Counted from the stretch's first letter, positions 40,870 to 54,680 are shown. The stretch: DNA of 64,000 nucleotides from Eledone cirrhosa (GCA_964016885.1 OZ024741.1:75888001-75952000), one strand, 5' to 3'. The notes: generated from the letters alone by a model not told the origin. Made by a program: numbers and translations.

Positions 40870-41844
40870 AAGTCAACTCGTGGTATGACAACAATAAATA
40901 ACAAAGTTTAATGTTCGTTAATGCAACCCCCAGAGGCGAACTAGCTTACAGATTTAGAGGGGCTTTAGACAAACTAAAATTAAATATTAAGATATTTGAA
41001 AAACCAGGTATTCCCATAAAAGCCTTAATTAGTAGAACATATCCTTTTGAAAAAAAAACCCTGCATTGATAGGAAATGTAAAATCTGCAAATTAAGCCCA
41101 CAAATTAAATGCAAACCTAGGAATCTAGTATAGCACAAAATGTACTGAGGGACAGTATAGGAATAGGAACACAACTTAGATAGGTGAAACAGCCCATAGC
41201 ATAGGAGAAAAGGTAAATGAACACTGGCGAGGACTCCAAGATGGGAAGAATTCATCAGTACTCCACCAACATGCCAAAATCGAACATTTGGGCACACTAG
41301 AGAACATAGAAATAAAGATCATATCCATACACAAAGACGCAATGTTCTGACAGATTACAGAGGCGACAAACATTAACAAACTCCAACCAAAATTAAACAG
41401 AAAACATGAGTGGAATATCAACAACACCACAACTAGTAATTATGGACATAAAGATATACAGAGAGACATAAGAATCAAATTAATAAAACAAACCAGACCC
41501 AGCCAGATAGAACAAGCAACCAACTAGTGACAAATAAATAAACTTATAAAAAAAACAAAATAAATAAAACACACACACCCGGATATAATGCATGCACAAC
41601 CCAAATACACAGCACACAACACACAAAAACAAAATGGTGTAATACAGAACAAAGGAGAGACACAAAATAATAAATTAGTCACTGAAGAGGTCACAGAATG
41701 TGTGATAAAAGAGCTTTGACAATAAATAAACAACCATCTGGTTATTAACCCACTGGAAATTTGTAATAAATTGAAGTGAAAACCAACAGGAATGTGTGTT
41801 TTTATTGACCTTTCTTAAGTATTTTATTGACCTTTCCTAAGTAT

Positions 41845-41850
<6 letters not shown>
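40870..41850 (+). mobile_element. Second, degenerate 3' copy of the same Penelope family
   Basis: Colinear with about 53690-54620 (GIY-YIG region, 3' UTR, hammerhead). Confidence 0.88.
41678..41720 (+). ncRNA. Hammerhead motif C1, core decayed
   Basis: Copy of 54422-54464 with CG to TA change destroying GAAA. Confidence 0.55.
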
Positions 41851-41903
<53 letters not shown>

Positions 41904-41906
<3 letters not shown>

Positions 41907-42276
41907 GGTGAGGACGATATTTGTTCACAATTTTCAACTGCTAATTTTATGCAAATTCTTTTTTACTTCTGTTGTCACTCTTGTCTTCATAAAAACAGTG
42001 ACTATATTTCCATTATTTATTTTCAGAATAATTAATTATGAATAATTTTGAACCTCTTCTTAGAATCCGCGCCGGGAGGACAAATAAGAACCAGAAGATC
42101 AACTCCCAGAACAAGAGGTGGCTTGCTGTCTCATCCAAAGACGTGCCCAGAGTCATGCAGACAAAGTTTCCAGCGACAACATTGGTCTTAGGTATCGTTA
42201 GCAGTCAAGGTGACATCATGCCACCTCACTTCTTCCCTGACGGCCTCAAGCTGAACACCGATGGCTACATCCGTTG
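41904..42276 (+). mobile_element. Tc1/mariner superfamily (maT/DD37D-like) transposon left end and transposase fragment
   Basis: TA|CAGGGTG terminus in (TA)n; NSQNKRWLA...VPRVMQTKFPATTLVLGIVSSQGDIMPPHFFPDGLKLNTDGY. Confidence 0.8.
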
Positions 42277-42325
42277 TATCAAAATAAAGATCCGTGGGCA
42301 TGGTATAAATTTCCAATCATTTTAA

Positions 42326-42399
42326 TCACGACACATGTTTCAATAAGAGATAGATCGATCATGTAGCCATGATCGATTATCACTGATCTCGTCAGGTGA
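42326..42399 (-). ncRNA. Hammerhead motif D (minus copy)
   Basis: Reverse complement of 42618-42691. Confidence 0.75.
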
Positions 42400-42617
42400 A
42401 AATGAATTGTCTTCAAATCCTTGATATGAGGGAGAAAATTAACGATGTTCACTCACAGAGTTTAGTCCCTCATATGAAGATCAAGCAGTCAAAACACGGC
42501 GACTGCTATCGTCCTCGGTTAGGGTCATAAAACTATCAAATCTCTATCTCCCAATAGCTGTAAAAGACGCTGGACATCAATCAAATCTGTAAAATAACAG
42601 TCGGTCACAATTCATTT

Positions 42618-42691
42618 TCACCTGACGAGATCAGTGATAATTGATCATGGCTACACGATCGATCTATCTCTTATTGAAACATGTGTCGTGA
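42618..42691 (+). ncRNA. Hammerhead motif D (plus copy)
   Basis: TCAC CTGACGA [extended stem II] GAAA CATGTG TC GTGA; GUC cleavage triplet. Confidence 0.8.
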
Positions 42692-42870
42692 TTAAAATGA
42701 TTGGAAATTTATACCATGCCTTCGGATCTTTATTTTGATATATAAGCAAAGAGGTATTTAATTTGTTGGTAATTCCACAAATATATTTATAACAGATTCG
42801 AAGCATCCAACAAGTTTTCTGGAGTATAAGATCAATGATATTAATAAATGGAAACTATATTTATAAAACC

Positions 42871-45636
42871 ATCATCATCATCATCATCATCATTTAGCAT
42901 CTATCTTCCACGCTAGCATGGGTTTAGACGGGAATTGTCCCACTTGAGGTAAGATTGGTCGTCTCGTTCGTATGAGACTGTCTGGCAGGTTTTCTACAGC
43001 TGGATGCCCTTCCTAACACCAACCACGTTTACAGTGTGGACTGGGAGGTTTTTACCGTGTTACAGACACGGCCACATTACAGCATGGACTGTGTTTTTTT
43101 TGCATGACACCTACATGGCCTCATTTATTTAGGACTGGCTGTTGTGGTACCAACATAACTTTACAGAGGAAGGGTGGTGTTGATGGGGGAGTAGGAGGGG
43201 GTGTATATTTGATTAAGAGGTGCCTACTGACTGTAAGTTTCGCTTTGTACTTAGGCAAGGCGGGTTTTCTGTATTACTGTGTGGCGCCAAAGATCTCGGT
43301 CCAGTGACATTGTCTTAGAGAGGTATAAGTGTGTAAGGTCGGAATTTATAAAATCGTCCCAGGTTTTTCTGGGTCTGCCTACTCCGTAACTTCCATCAAT
43401 TTTGATCGCCCTGCACTTTTTTATACAGCTGTCGTCTTTCATGCACATAATGTAGTCTTCTCTCGAGTAAACAGCATCTGATCCTTCTTATACCTAATTT
43501 CTCACTTAGTTCATTTATGCTTTGCTGTTCACGTATATTGCTATTACACATCCAGCAGAGCATGCATGCTTCGATCCTCTCCAGTACACAATGCCCATGT
43601 CTCACTGCCATGTAACATAGCTGTTCATATGCAGGAATCATACAGTCTGCCTTTCATTTTTAGAGAGAAACCTTTAGTGGCCAATAGTGGTATAAGCTCT
43701 CTGAACTTTTTCCATCCCGTTCTGACACTGGCTACTGTACTTTCTGAGCACCCTCCACCACTGCTGATTTTGTCACCCAGGCAACGGAAGGTGTCCACTA
43801 TTTCTATAGAGCCGCTGGGCAATAGAAGGAGCTAGTATCCGGGGGGGGGGGGGGGGGGGGCTTGCTACTTATTGCACCGGAGCACCGGCCACATAAAAAA
43901 TCTACGTTCTTAGATAGTTTACCTGAGATCCCACTACATCTTTTATGTACCCATACTTTGCATTTGAGACATAAAATGGAATTTCTGCCTACTCCTTTCC
44001 TACACACTGAGCATGGCCATTTCCCAGAGGGGACCTGTGCCCAATTTTCCTTCCTACATACTAGAACTTTAGTCTTAGACAAATTAACTTTAAGGCCTTT
44101 AGATTCTAGGCCATGCTTCCATGTTGGGAATTTCTTGTCTAGTTCAGCCATCGACTCAGCTATGAGCGTTAGATCATCTGCATAGAGAAGTTCCCATGGG
44201 CAGCCAGTCTTGAACTCCTCTGTTATAGCCTGAAGGGCAATAATAAATAGGAGGGGGCTAAGGACAGAGCCTTGATGGACACCAACTTTTACGCTAAATT
44301 CTTCACTATATTCGTTGTTAATTCTAACCTTACTGACTGTTTCTTTATACATGGCTTGTATAGCTCTCACAAGCCATTCATCAACACCTAGTTTTCTGAG
44401 AGCCCACCAGATAATGGGGCGTGGGACTCTGTCAAAGGCTTTCTCCAAGTCAACAAAAGCTAAGTATAGGGGTTTACTTTTAGCTAGGTACTTCTCCTGT
44501 AGTTGTCGTACAATGAAAAGAGCGTCTGTGGTACTTTTACCTGACACAAACCCAAACTGCATTTCATCTAGATCAATTCGCTCTCTGATTAGTTGCGCTA
44601 TTACTTTTTCTGTGACCTTCATGACCTGGTCAATTAATTTAATGCCTCTATAGTTTCCCCTATCTAGGGCATCTCCTTTACCCTTGTAGCAGTTAATGAT
44701 GATGCTGCTACGCCAGTCCTTCGGAACGACCCCATTCTGTATGACTTGGTTTACTATCCGGGTGACCATAGTGTGTCCCACCGTTCCAGATGCTTTCAGC
44801 ATTTCATCAACTATTTCCGAAGGCCCAGCCGCCTTGCCTGTCTTCATGTCTTTGATCGCCTTACTTATTATACTACCTTCAACTTGCACTGCTGGTCCCT
44901 CTATTGGATCGAAGTGGGGGAGACTGTCTTTCTCCCAATTATTCTCCTCATTTAGTAGCCTTTCGTAGTGACACTTCCAAGCTACCTTCTTATCAGCATC
45001 AGTGATGGCAAGTACACCATCATCATTAAGGACACACTTCTCCCTGACAATATCATGGTTTTCCTTGACACATTGCCTAGCAATCCTGAACACGTCACGT
45101 TTTTGGTCCTCGCGTTGTAGAACATGCTTGAACTTTCTTTCCTCTGCTTCCCTCCTTGCGAAGTACACTTGTCTCCTAGCTTCTCTCCTGGCCACTTGAT
45201 AGTCTTCTCTACTTCCTCCATCCCGCCATGCTTTCCAAGCCTGCTTTTTGGCCTTGATTGACTCCTCCACCTTACTGTTCCACCACCAAGTTACTCTCTT
45301 CCTGCCTATAGGTCTGCTCCAGCCATAGATTTCATCTGTCGCCTTCAGCAGGTTAGCTTTCAGGAATACCCACTGTTCCTCTATATTGTACGACTCTAAT
45401 TGCTCTTCCTTACTGTCAAAAGCATCAAGTAATATGCTTTTAAATTTGTTACTGGCTGCGGGGTCCTTTAACTTCCATATTCTTCTCCTTAGGGTAGTCC
45501 TCCTCTGTTGTCAAGTACGTCTCGTCCTGACTATGAGGTCGCTAACTATGAGGCTATGTTGGGATTCTTCATGGGGGAGGGATTTAGTGTTTACAACAGA
45601 CACTCTGTCACGTCTTCTGGTAAGGATATAATCTCT
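42871..45636 (-). mobile_element. RTE-clade LINE copy 3
   Basis: ORF 43804-45270 (488 aa) with all RT motifs; frameshift at a poly-G run near 43840; (CAT)n tail on the + strand. Confidence 0.95.
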
Positions 45637-46262
45637 ATATATCTATACATATTTGTATATATACACACATAAGTATGTATGCATTTGTATTGCTGTAAAA
45701 TGTTTCCTTCTAAATGGGGCAGAACTGATTGGTTATGGTTATGCTAGAGTAACTAAATAAATTTTTCTCATATTCATCTTGTATTTCTAATTCTTTATAA
45801 TTATTGGTGCATAAATATATAAAGGTATGAAATATACATACATTCATATATATCTTCTTCTTCGCCCACATATTCCTGAGAGGGTCGTGGGGGAAGAGTC
45901 CTCAAACACTCTTTCCAGCGAATCCTGTCAGAAATAACCATCTCCAGGTGATCTGGCTGGATCCCCTGGCAAGACCAACCAACTTGGCTACGGTCATGGG
46001 CTTTATTTCTTTCCAGTGGGCCTCAAACCCATTTGAGTTGTCCCTCATCTTGTGTAAAGTGGGAATTGGATTTTGGATATATTCTGCTTCAATTTAATAT
46101 GATATTTTACTCCTCTGAAGATGGAGAAGTACAAACTATATCTGTACATCATTTTGTATGTATAAATCTTGATTAAACAAATTTTCATGTAATATTCTTA
46201 GAATAATTTGTTGTATAACTCTTGAAACATGTAAGCTAATTTTTCTATCCGTATATTTGATT

Positions 46263-49236
46263 CATCATCATCATCATCATCATCGTCATTTTAATGTCTG
46301 CTTTTCCTGCTAGCAAGGGTTGGCCTGGTTTATATAGACCAAATCCATACTGAAGCAGAGCCACTGATCTCCCAAGCAAAGCAGGGATCTGTGTCTCGCT
46401 CATGCATAGTCTAACATTCTATCAGGTGCTTAGGAAAGGTTGTCATGCTTTTGACAGAATTGAGGGTCCACCCGACCTTTTGTTTAGCAAGTTTTCTATG
46501 GCTGGATGCCCTTCCTATGACCAACTACTTTACAGTATCTATTGGGTGAATTTATCATGTAGATGACCAAACACTAGGGAGGTTGTCATATCCTTGACAT
46601 GACTGAAGGGTTCTCATGACCCTTTTTTGGTTTGCTTGGCAAGCTCTCCATAGCTGAAAGCCCTTCCTATTACCAACCATCTCACCTGGGGAGTGGGTAG
46701 TAGTGAAGTTGAGAATACCTGTTAGGGAGTGCTAGTGGAAGTGGGTGGGTAGTTCAGGTCACATTATAAGCTGCAGGTCAAGTCTTATTCAACACTGTGT
46801 AGCGCCAGCCCTTGGGGTCTTTAGTTATTTCAGTTGTAAAGTTTAGCTTTCTACAGTCAATCCTTACAACCTCATCCCATGTCTTTCTGGGTCTGTCTTT
46901 CATGGTCCCAGCCACTGGTATTTCTTTTCATTTCTTTATGCAGTTGCCATCTTCCATGCACATCAAATGGCCATACCAATGTAGTCTTCTCTCTTATACA
47001 CTACAATCAATTCCTCTTATGCTAATTTTCCCTGGCAGCTTAGGGACTCTATTCCATGTGTGTTCTTTGTGCTTACTTCCCCTGAGCATCTGCTACATAT
47101 AAAGTTTATCTTTTCTGTTAGCCTACCTGCAATCCTCCTACATCTCTTATGCATCTATACTTTACATTGTGTACAATTTATGGAATTTCTACCCACCCCT
47201 TTCTGACATACCGGCCACTTTCCTGATGATATAAAACTTTCCTGTCTTCTTTCCTACTTATTAAGACTTTTATCTTCACTAAATTTACTTGTAGGCCTTT
47301 CAGTTCTAGGTTCTTCTTCCATGCTTGAAATTTTGCTTTTAACTCTCCTACAAACTCAGCTATAAGGACTAGGTCATCAGCATAAAGGAGCTCCCATGGA
47401 GCACCAGTTTTAAACTCCTGAGTGATGGCCTACAGTATAATTGTTTCTACTCTTGGCACAAGGCCAGCAATTACCCAGTGCATTACTGGTACTTTATTTT
47501 ATCGACCCCGTAAAGATGAAAGGCAAAGTTAACCTCGGCGGGATTTTAACTCAGAATGGCAAGGGCCGTAACTCTATGCGTCAAAGCATGCCATCCGACC
47601 CTCTACTGATACTGCCAATCCATCGGTATAACGATAAATAGAAGTGGACAGTGGACTGATCCTTGATGGACTCCCACCTGCACTTCAAATTCATCACTGT
47701 ACTCATTTTCCATCTCTCATCCTGCTGGCTGCTTCTCTATACATGGCCAACACAGCTCTTACAAGCCATTGATCTACACCTAGCTTTCTAAGTGCCCACC
47801 AGATTATAGAGTGTAGGACCCTGTCAAAGGCTGTCTCTAGATCTACAAATGCTAGGTACAGTTGCTTACTCTTAGCTAAATACCTCTCCTGTAGTTGTCT
47901 CACCAGAAAGAGGGCATCAGTAATACCCCTACCTGGCATAAATCTGAACTGCATCTCATCTAACTTGATTCTGTCCCTGATTAGATGTGCTATAACCCTT
48001 TCAACAACTTTCATGACTTGGTCCATCAGCTTGATGCCTCTGTGGTTACATTTCTCTAGTGCATCTTTTTGCCCTTATAGCAATTTACAATGACACTGCT
48101 ATGGCAGTCAGTGGGTATGACATCATCCTGTAATATTTGATTAACTATGCATTTAACTAGCTTGTATCCACCATGCCAGATGCTTTTTGCATCTCAGTGA
48201 CTATACCTGATGGTTCAGCTGCTTTCTCCACCTTCATGTCCTTAATTGCTTTATCTATTATATTGCTGTCAACTTTTATGGCTGATTCCTTAGTATGTCT
48301 TCCATGCTTCTTTCTTTTCATCGTCAGACAGGGAAAGTGCTCCGCTATCATTTCAGACACTTTTCTCCAACCATATCATGATTTTCTCTAGCATACTGTC
48401 TAACAATCCTGAACACTTCACACCTCTGATCCTCCCAATGCAGAACATGTGCAAACTTCTTTTCTGTGTCCCCCCCTCGTTAGATATACTTGGTGCCTGG
48501 TCTCCCTCCTTGCTATCTGGTATTGCTTTCTGTCACCTCCATTCCTCCATTTTCTCCAGGCTTGTCTTTTTCTTTTAATGGCTCTTTCTACCTTGTCATT
48601 CCACCATCATGTCATCCTCTGTCTTGGTGGGACCTTGCTCCAGTCGCAGACCTGGCTTGTGGCTTCCAGCAGGTTCTCCCATAGAAATTACCAATTTTTC
48701 TTTGTCATAAGTTCCCAACTCTTCTTCCTTACTGTCATAACTGTCAAGAAGAATTTCTCTAAATCTATTACCTACAGAGGGTTCTCTCATCTTCTAAGTC
48801 TTCCTTCTCCAGACTGGCTTTTGTCTCTTGGTCCCCTTAGCTCTTACTCTAGGGTCACTGACAACTAATGCATGTTGGGAGGTACATTCCTCCCCAGAGA
48901 AGAACTTTGTATTTACAACCAATTGCTTGTTTCATTTCCTGGTGATGTTGAAGTCTATTTGTCTTTTATGTCCCCCTGATTGGTAGGTAATTAGGTGGCT
49001 GGGTGATTTCTTAAAGTTTGTGTTACAGATTATTAAATCAAGAGCATCACAGAACTCCAGAAGCCCAGTTCCCTCCTCGTTTCTTGTGCCATATCCATAG
49101 CCCCTGTGTATGCCAGGGGATCTGTCCTGATGTTTCCCAACATGTCCATTGATATTTCCAGCTATGATCGTAAGATCACTGTCATCTGTCCTTGTGGTAG
49201 TCTGTAGGAGGGCCTCATAGAAATGGTATTTTTGTT
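46263..49236 (-). mobile_element. RTE-clade LINE copy 4, old and degenerate, includes APE C-terminus
   Basis: GYGTRNEEG..LLEFC, FVDLETAFDRV, many stops; (CAT)n tail at 46263. Confidence 0.88.
47441..47625 (-). mobile_element. SINE family A inserted in RTE LINE
   Basis: Interrupts the RT LSPLLFI region; GTATAA duplicated at 47435 and 47626. Confidence 0.88.
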
Positions 49237-50740
49237 CATATGTATATACACACATACATATATATATATATATGGGATAACAAGTTATCGTTATAGGTGA
49301 TCCAGTTAGAGGTTGTGAGTACTCTGCGTCGAGGATAGTTTTAACGTATGGCTTTGTTTGACTCAACAAGATGCTTCCATAGTTATGCAGCGACTTCGCG
49401 GTAATTTCTATGCAGGTTATACTTGGAGTAATAATAGTTAAAGAATGAAGAGTAACATGGTTGACTGTACAATAAGGGGCTTTATTTAAAGTACTGACAA
49501 TCGATTCGTTGATCATGTGGATCTAGAGTTCGCTAATCACTTGATGTTGCGTTATTCGATATCCAATACATTATTCACCTATGGTCAACACATCAGAGTA
49601 CGTAGATATAAAAATAATTCACTCAAGGCAAGATATATATAGAAAAATAGCGTATAATCAAAACAATAACATCAATAATAAAACATATATGGTAAATAGG
49701 TAGAGAAGTTACAGATGTAAAAAGTAAAAAGTAAAAGATAAGATAGGGTACATTAAAAAAGTAAGAAAATGAGAAAATGGAAAATATAAAGAAATAAATA
49801 AGGATAAGTGAGAGCATGTAAGTACATAGAATGTTAGTAGTAGTTTTGAGTAAATATATATATATATATATATATCCTGCTCGTCCCCTCAATCTATCTT
49901 ATTTCTCATTCTTTCTTCTGATCAAGGACTAGCGTCCGAAATATTAAGACCCTCTTCCTGCTATATCAAGCGTTAACCTAATATATCCCTTCCATATACT
50001 GTACCGATTGTATTTCTGTTTACCTTTTATATATATATATATATGTAGAAGTTATATTTAATTTGTTGGGATACGAGCAAATATTTTTATAACTGATATA
50101 AAGCACTCAACACATTTTTGGAGTAAAAATACAATATATTAATAAATGGAAACTATATTTATAAAACCATATTTATTTCGTTATACATATTTCAAGGACA
50201 CCAAAGCAAATTATGGTGCGCTTTCATCAAATAAAATATAATATAGATCAGTTTTATAAACAAATATTGACATACCCTTGAAAGAATGCGACCATGTCTG
50301 TTGGAAGCTCCCGGATAGTGGGGTTACTAATTTTATTATTGGTCTATTATGCTAATTAGTGTCGGAGAGGTTTAAATCCCATACATTTAAATTAAGCAGT
50401 GGGAATAGGGAAAAAAAGAAAAGGAGAAAGAAAGAGCAAACCCAAAGAAGGAAAAGAAAAGAAAAGAAAAGAAAAGAAAAGAAAAGGAAAGGAATAGGAA
50501 AAAACAAAAGAAGAAAGAGAAAGAGAAAGAGAGAAAAAACCCTAAGTGAGAGAGTGTTGTATTAACGTAGTTTTATGAAATGATAAAGCGAAAAGATAAA
50601 TATATATTGGATGAGTTAGCGGGTATAGATAAATAAATAAATAGATAGTAGTAACCTGAGAAATTTATCTATTGTTTAAATTTGATTAAATTATTAAGAT
50701 CTATAAATTAAAAATTAAAAATTGAGATCTATATTTTATT

Positions 50741-50866
<126 letters not shown>

Positions 50867-51807
50867 TCAAGGTTTAGCAAATAAGAAAAAGTTTCAAAAT
50901 AAATTTTAAAAAATTAACTTTACTTACTATGGTTACCGAATCGGTTTCGAGTCTCAAAAATAAACGGACAGTCCATACGGCATCCGTTGCAAAGAAAAAC
51001 TCTCGTCGGAAGGATCTTTTCACTCGGAGAATATGAAATTCCCGAGTTCAAATAACGAACTGGCGCTATACAAAATTGTTCCCATGATGAGAGTAAATGA
51101 AGTGGAAGCAATTCTTTCAATTGCCGTGTGTAAAGATATATATAGATATATATATATACCATCAACAAATATTATTAAAATATATGTTATTATTACATAA
51201 CCTTACATAAATTTATTATTAATCATCAACCAACAATTAACAATAAAACTTATAAGAAATGACAAAATATATGTTTAAAATGTAGGAATGTTCAGAGATT
51301 TTACTGAAGAAAAATTCTTCTTAGTAATAGCGTGAGGGGAAATTAATTGATTTATTTGTAATTTAGATAGTTCTAATGATTAAATGTTATAAAAGTTAAT
51401 GATGATACAAAAAGTTAAGATTATAAGAGAACCTTATATTATTTTATAGTAAGTTATAAAATTTATATATTTTATAGATCCACCTGTTATATAGTTGTGA
51501 CTGTTAAAATATGAGTTTGTTTACTATAACGTCTTAATATTTAAAGTTTTTCTTAAGAATATATCTAAAGCATAAACCGCGAAAAAAACTTTTTACATGA
51601 GTTCATTCATAGAATGCATTCAAAATTATACATTTCGATATATATAGACCCACATATATATAGACATACATACATAGATACGTATATACACACACACACA
51701 TATATATATACATATACATACATATACACACATACATGTACATATATACATATATATATATATATAAATACAAAATACATACTATAAAATAAAATAAAAA
51801 TGTGAGA

Positions 51808-51950
51808 TATAATTTTAAAAAGGATTATAATTTTAAAAGGAATTACAATTTTTAAAAAGGAATTACAATTTAAAAAAAATATAATTATATAATTTTAAAA
51901 GGAATTATATTTTTAAGCAATGTAATTTTTAAGCAATATAATTCTAAAAA
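51808..51950. repeat. ~18-20-bp AT-rich minisatellite (ATAATTTTAAAAGGAATT)
   Basis: About 6-7 degenerate copies. Confidence 0.75.
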
Positions 51951-51985
51951 TATGTATTCTTGTTAGAGGTGCCTACTGACTGTAG

Positions 51986-54680
51986 AAGCACAATTTAGTA
52001 TAGCTAGATCTAAACTTAGAAACATTATAGAACAGTATAGTAAGAAGCAAAATAGAATCGAGGCCCAGCAACTGGGAGAAAAATCTGCAAATGGCTTGCG
52101 TAAGCTCATGCAGTGCTCGCGTAATGGAGAGATTGCATGCTTTCCAACAGACAAGTCTGGCAGAATGTCGGTTGACAGTCTGTCAAACTACATCCAGGAA
52201 ATGCAACCCCACATCACTAACACAAGAGAAGTAACACCACAAGAGCATGAGGATAGGGCAAAAACCCTCAATGCCCATATGATGATGTGGACAAACATAA
52301 TGCAGCCCAACAAAAGGACTGCCAACAACTTCCAGGCCTGGAACAATGACGTGCCAGCGTTGTATGGGCTTCGAAAAGATCATAAAACGAGCAGTGACCC
52401 TGTCACAGGACTATCAACACAGCTAGTCTGTGGAGCTAACATTGCTAGTAACTACAGACTTTCCTACTTCCTCTCCCTGATCATACATCCCATCATTGAA
52501 ATGTATCCAGATATATGTGACAGCACGGAGGACCTCCTCAGCAGAATCAGTGAAGGTAACCGATCTAGGGACCTAACAAACTGCATAATAGGCAGTATGG
52601 ATGTTGTGTCCCTGTATCCATCTATTGACGTGGATTTTGCTGTGGAGAAATGCGTAGAAATGATCAGTGAGAGCAATGTTGAATTCCGTGGGATTGATAC
52701 CAGTGAGCTGGGACTCCTACTTAAACTTACTTATAGTAATAATTATCTAGATACATATGACCTTAGCAACCTGTGCCCTACAAGACCAGCAAGAGGCAGA
52801 CCACCTACCATTACCTCAATGGCCAAGAAAACCCAAACAGATAGATGGAATGGGTGGACCAGAGCCATACGGACCCCCGAAAACCACGATGAACTAAAGA
52901 AAATGATTGCACATGCGGTGGGGGCCAGTATAAAATTAACCCTTAAGGAACATATGTTCAAATTTAATGGAAAAACATATGCCCAAGAGGAGGGAGCAGC
53001 CATTGGTGTTAGCATTGCAAGTGACATAGCTAACCTATTCATGGTATGGTGGGACAATAGACACTTAAACTTAAACTTAAAGAACAATTAGAAGACAGCA
53101 ACCTCTTAACCCTGATAATGTACTCCCCCTACGTTGATGATATAAACATCATAGTAAAAACACCCCCACTAGAGAACAGTCAGAAATTAGAGAAAAACAC
53201 CATGGAAAGCATCCAGCAAATAGCTAACTCCATCCACCAGAGTATTAGAGTTACTATAGACTACCCAAGCAAACACCCCAACCATCGATTACCTGTACTA
53301 GACACAGAGCTCTGGTTAGATACTATCAATAACAAAAAACAGATCCTCCATTCCCATTATGCCAAACCCATGACTTCCAAATATCTGATCCACCGAAACT
53401 CAGCTGTTTCGGACCACACCAAAATCAACATACTGATTGCGGATTTGGTACGGGTAATGAGAAACGTGTCCCGCATGTGCAACCCCAAAGAACTAGAGAG
53501 ACACATACAACACTTCATCCACCGTATGCAGTTCTCTGGTTACAACCAGAGAGATAAGATCAGAGTATATAGAGGAGCCAGAACCAAATGGGAAAAAATG
53601 GTAAATAATGATACAAATGGGACCTGCCCCTTGTATAGGAGCAAATTTTGGAATAGAATAGAAATAACTAGGAATAAGGTTAATAGAATAAACTCATGGT
53701 ATGATAGCAATAAATATCAGAGTGTAATGTTCATCAATACAACCCCTAGAGGTGAATTAGCTTACAAATTCAGAAGGGCCCTAGATAAACATAAACTCAA
53801 TATTAAGATAGTAGAAAGACCAGGTACCTCCATAAAAACACTTATTAGCAATACATACCATTTTCAAAGACCTCCCTGTATAGATAAGAAATGTATAATC
53901 TGTAAACTAAGCCCCCATATTAACTGTAAAACTAGAAATGTAGTATATAGCATAAGAATATAGTGTACATAGGTGAGACAGCTCGTAGTATAGGAGAACG
54001 GATAAATGAACACTGGCGAGAGCTTCAAAATAGTAAAGAATCATCTGTACTCTACCAACATGCTAAAATAGAACATAAGGGTAAATTAAAGAACATAGAA
54101 ATAAAAATAGAATCTACACACAGAAAAGACGCAATGTTTAGACAAATCACAGAGGCAATAAACATAAATGAACTCCAACCAAAATTAAATAGAAAGCATG
54201 AATGGAATAGCAACATCACAACTTACAATTAAGGACAAAATGAAAACACACACACACACATAGAACAAACAACCAACCAGTAACATGTAAATAAACAAAT
54301 ATAAACACACACAGACACCCGGATGTAACACATGCGCAAACTAAGCACACAACACACACAAAAACAAGATGGCGTAGAACAGAACAAAGGAGAGGCACAA
54401 AAACAAAGAAAAGAATCCCCAGTCACTGAAGAGGTCACAGAATGTGTGACGAAAGAACTTTGACAATATATGAACAATCGTCTGGTTGTGGAACCAACCA
54501 ACCAACCGGAAATTTATAAATTCCAAAATTTATAAATTTAATTTATAATAAATTGAAGTGAAAGCAACTGGTGCGTGTGTTTCTTATTGGCAACATGACC
54601 CTCCCAAAGTATAACAATATCGGTTTCAACACACGTTTTCAGATAAAGAATCTTGCTAAACAAATTCAGAAACGAAATAT
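51986..54680 (+). mobile_element. Penelope-like element (RT + Cys linker + GIY-YIG endonuclease), 5' truncated, frameshifted, with 3' pseudo-LTR
   Basis: PTDKSG, LYGLRKDHK, SMDVVSLYPSI, YVDD, LPVLD, CxxxxCxxC linker, VVY...YIGETARSIGERINEH, EAININ..PKLNRKHE; hammerhead in the 3' region. Confidence 0.93.
54422..54464 (+). ncRNA. Minimal hammerhead motif C2 in Penelope pseudo-LTR
   Basis: GTCA CTGAAGA G GTCAC-AGAATGT-GTGAC GAAA GAAC TT TGAC. Confidence 0.8.

Noticed and set aside
48932-49516. 194-aa ORF as a novel fusion protein
   Set aside because: Chance read-through from unrelated sequence across a (TA)n tract into a degenerate RTE APE fragment.
50359-50565. Lys/Arg-rich ORF
   Set aside because: Translation of an (AAAAG)n microsatellite.
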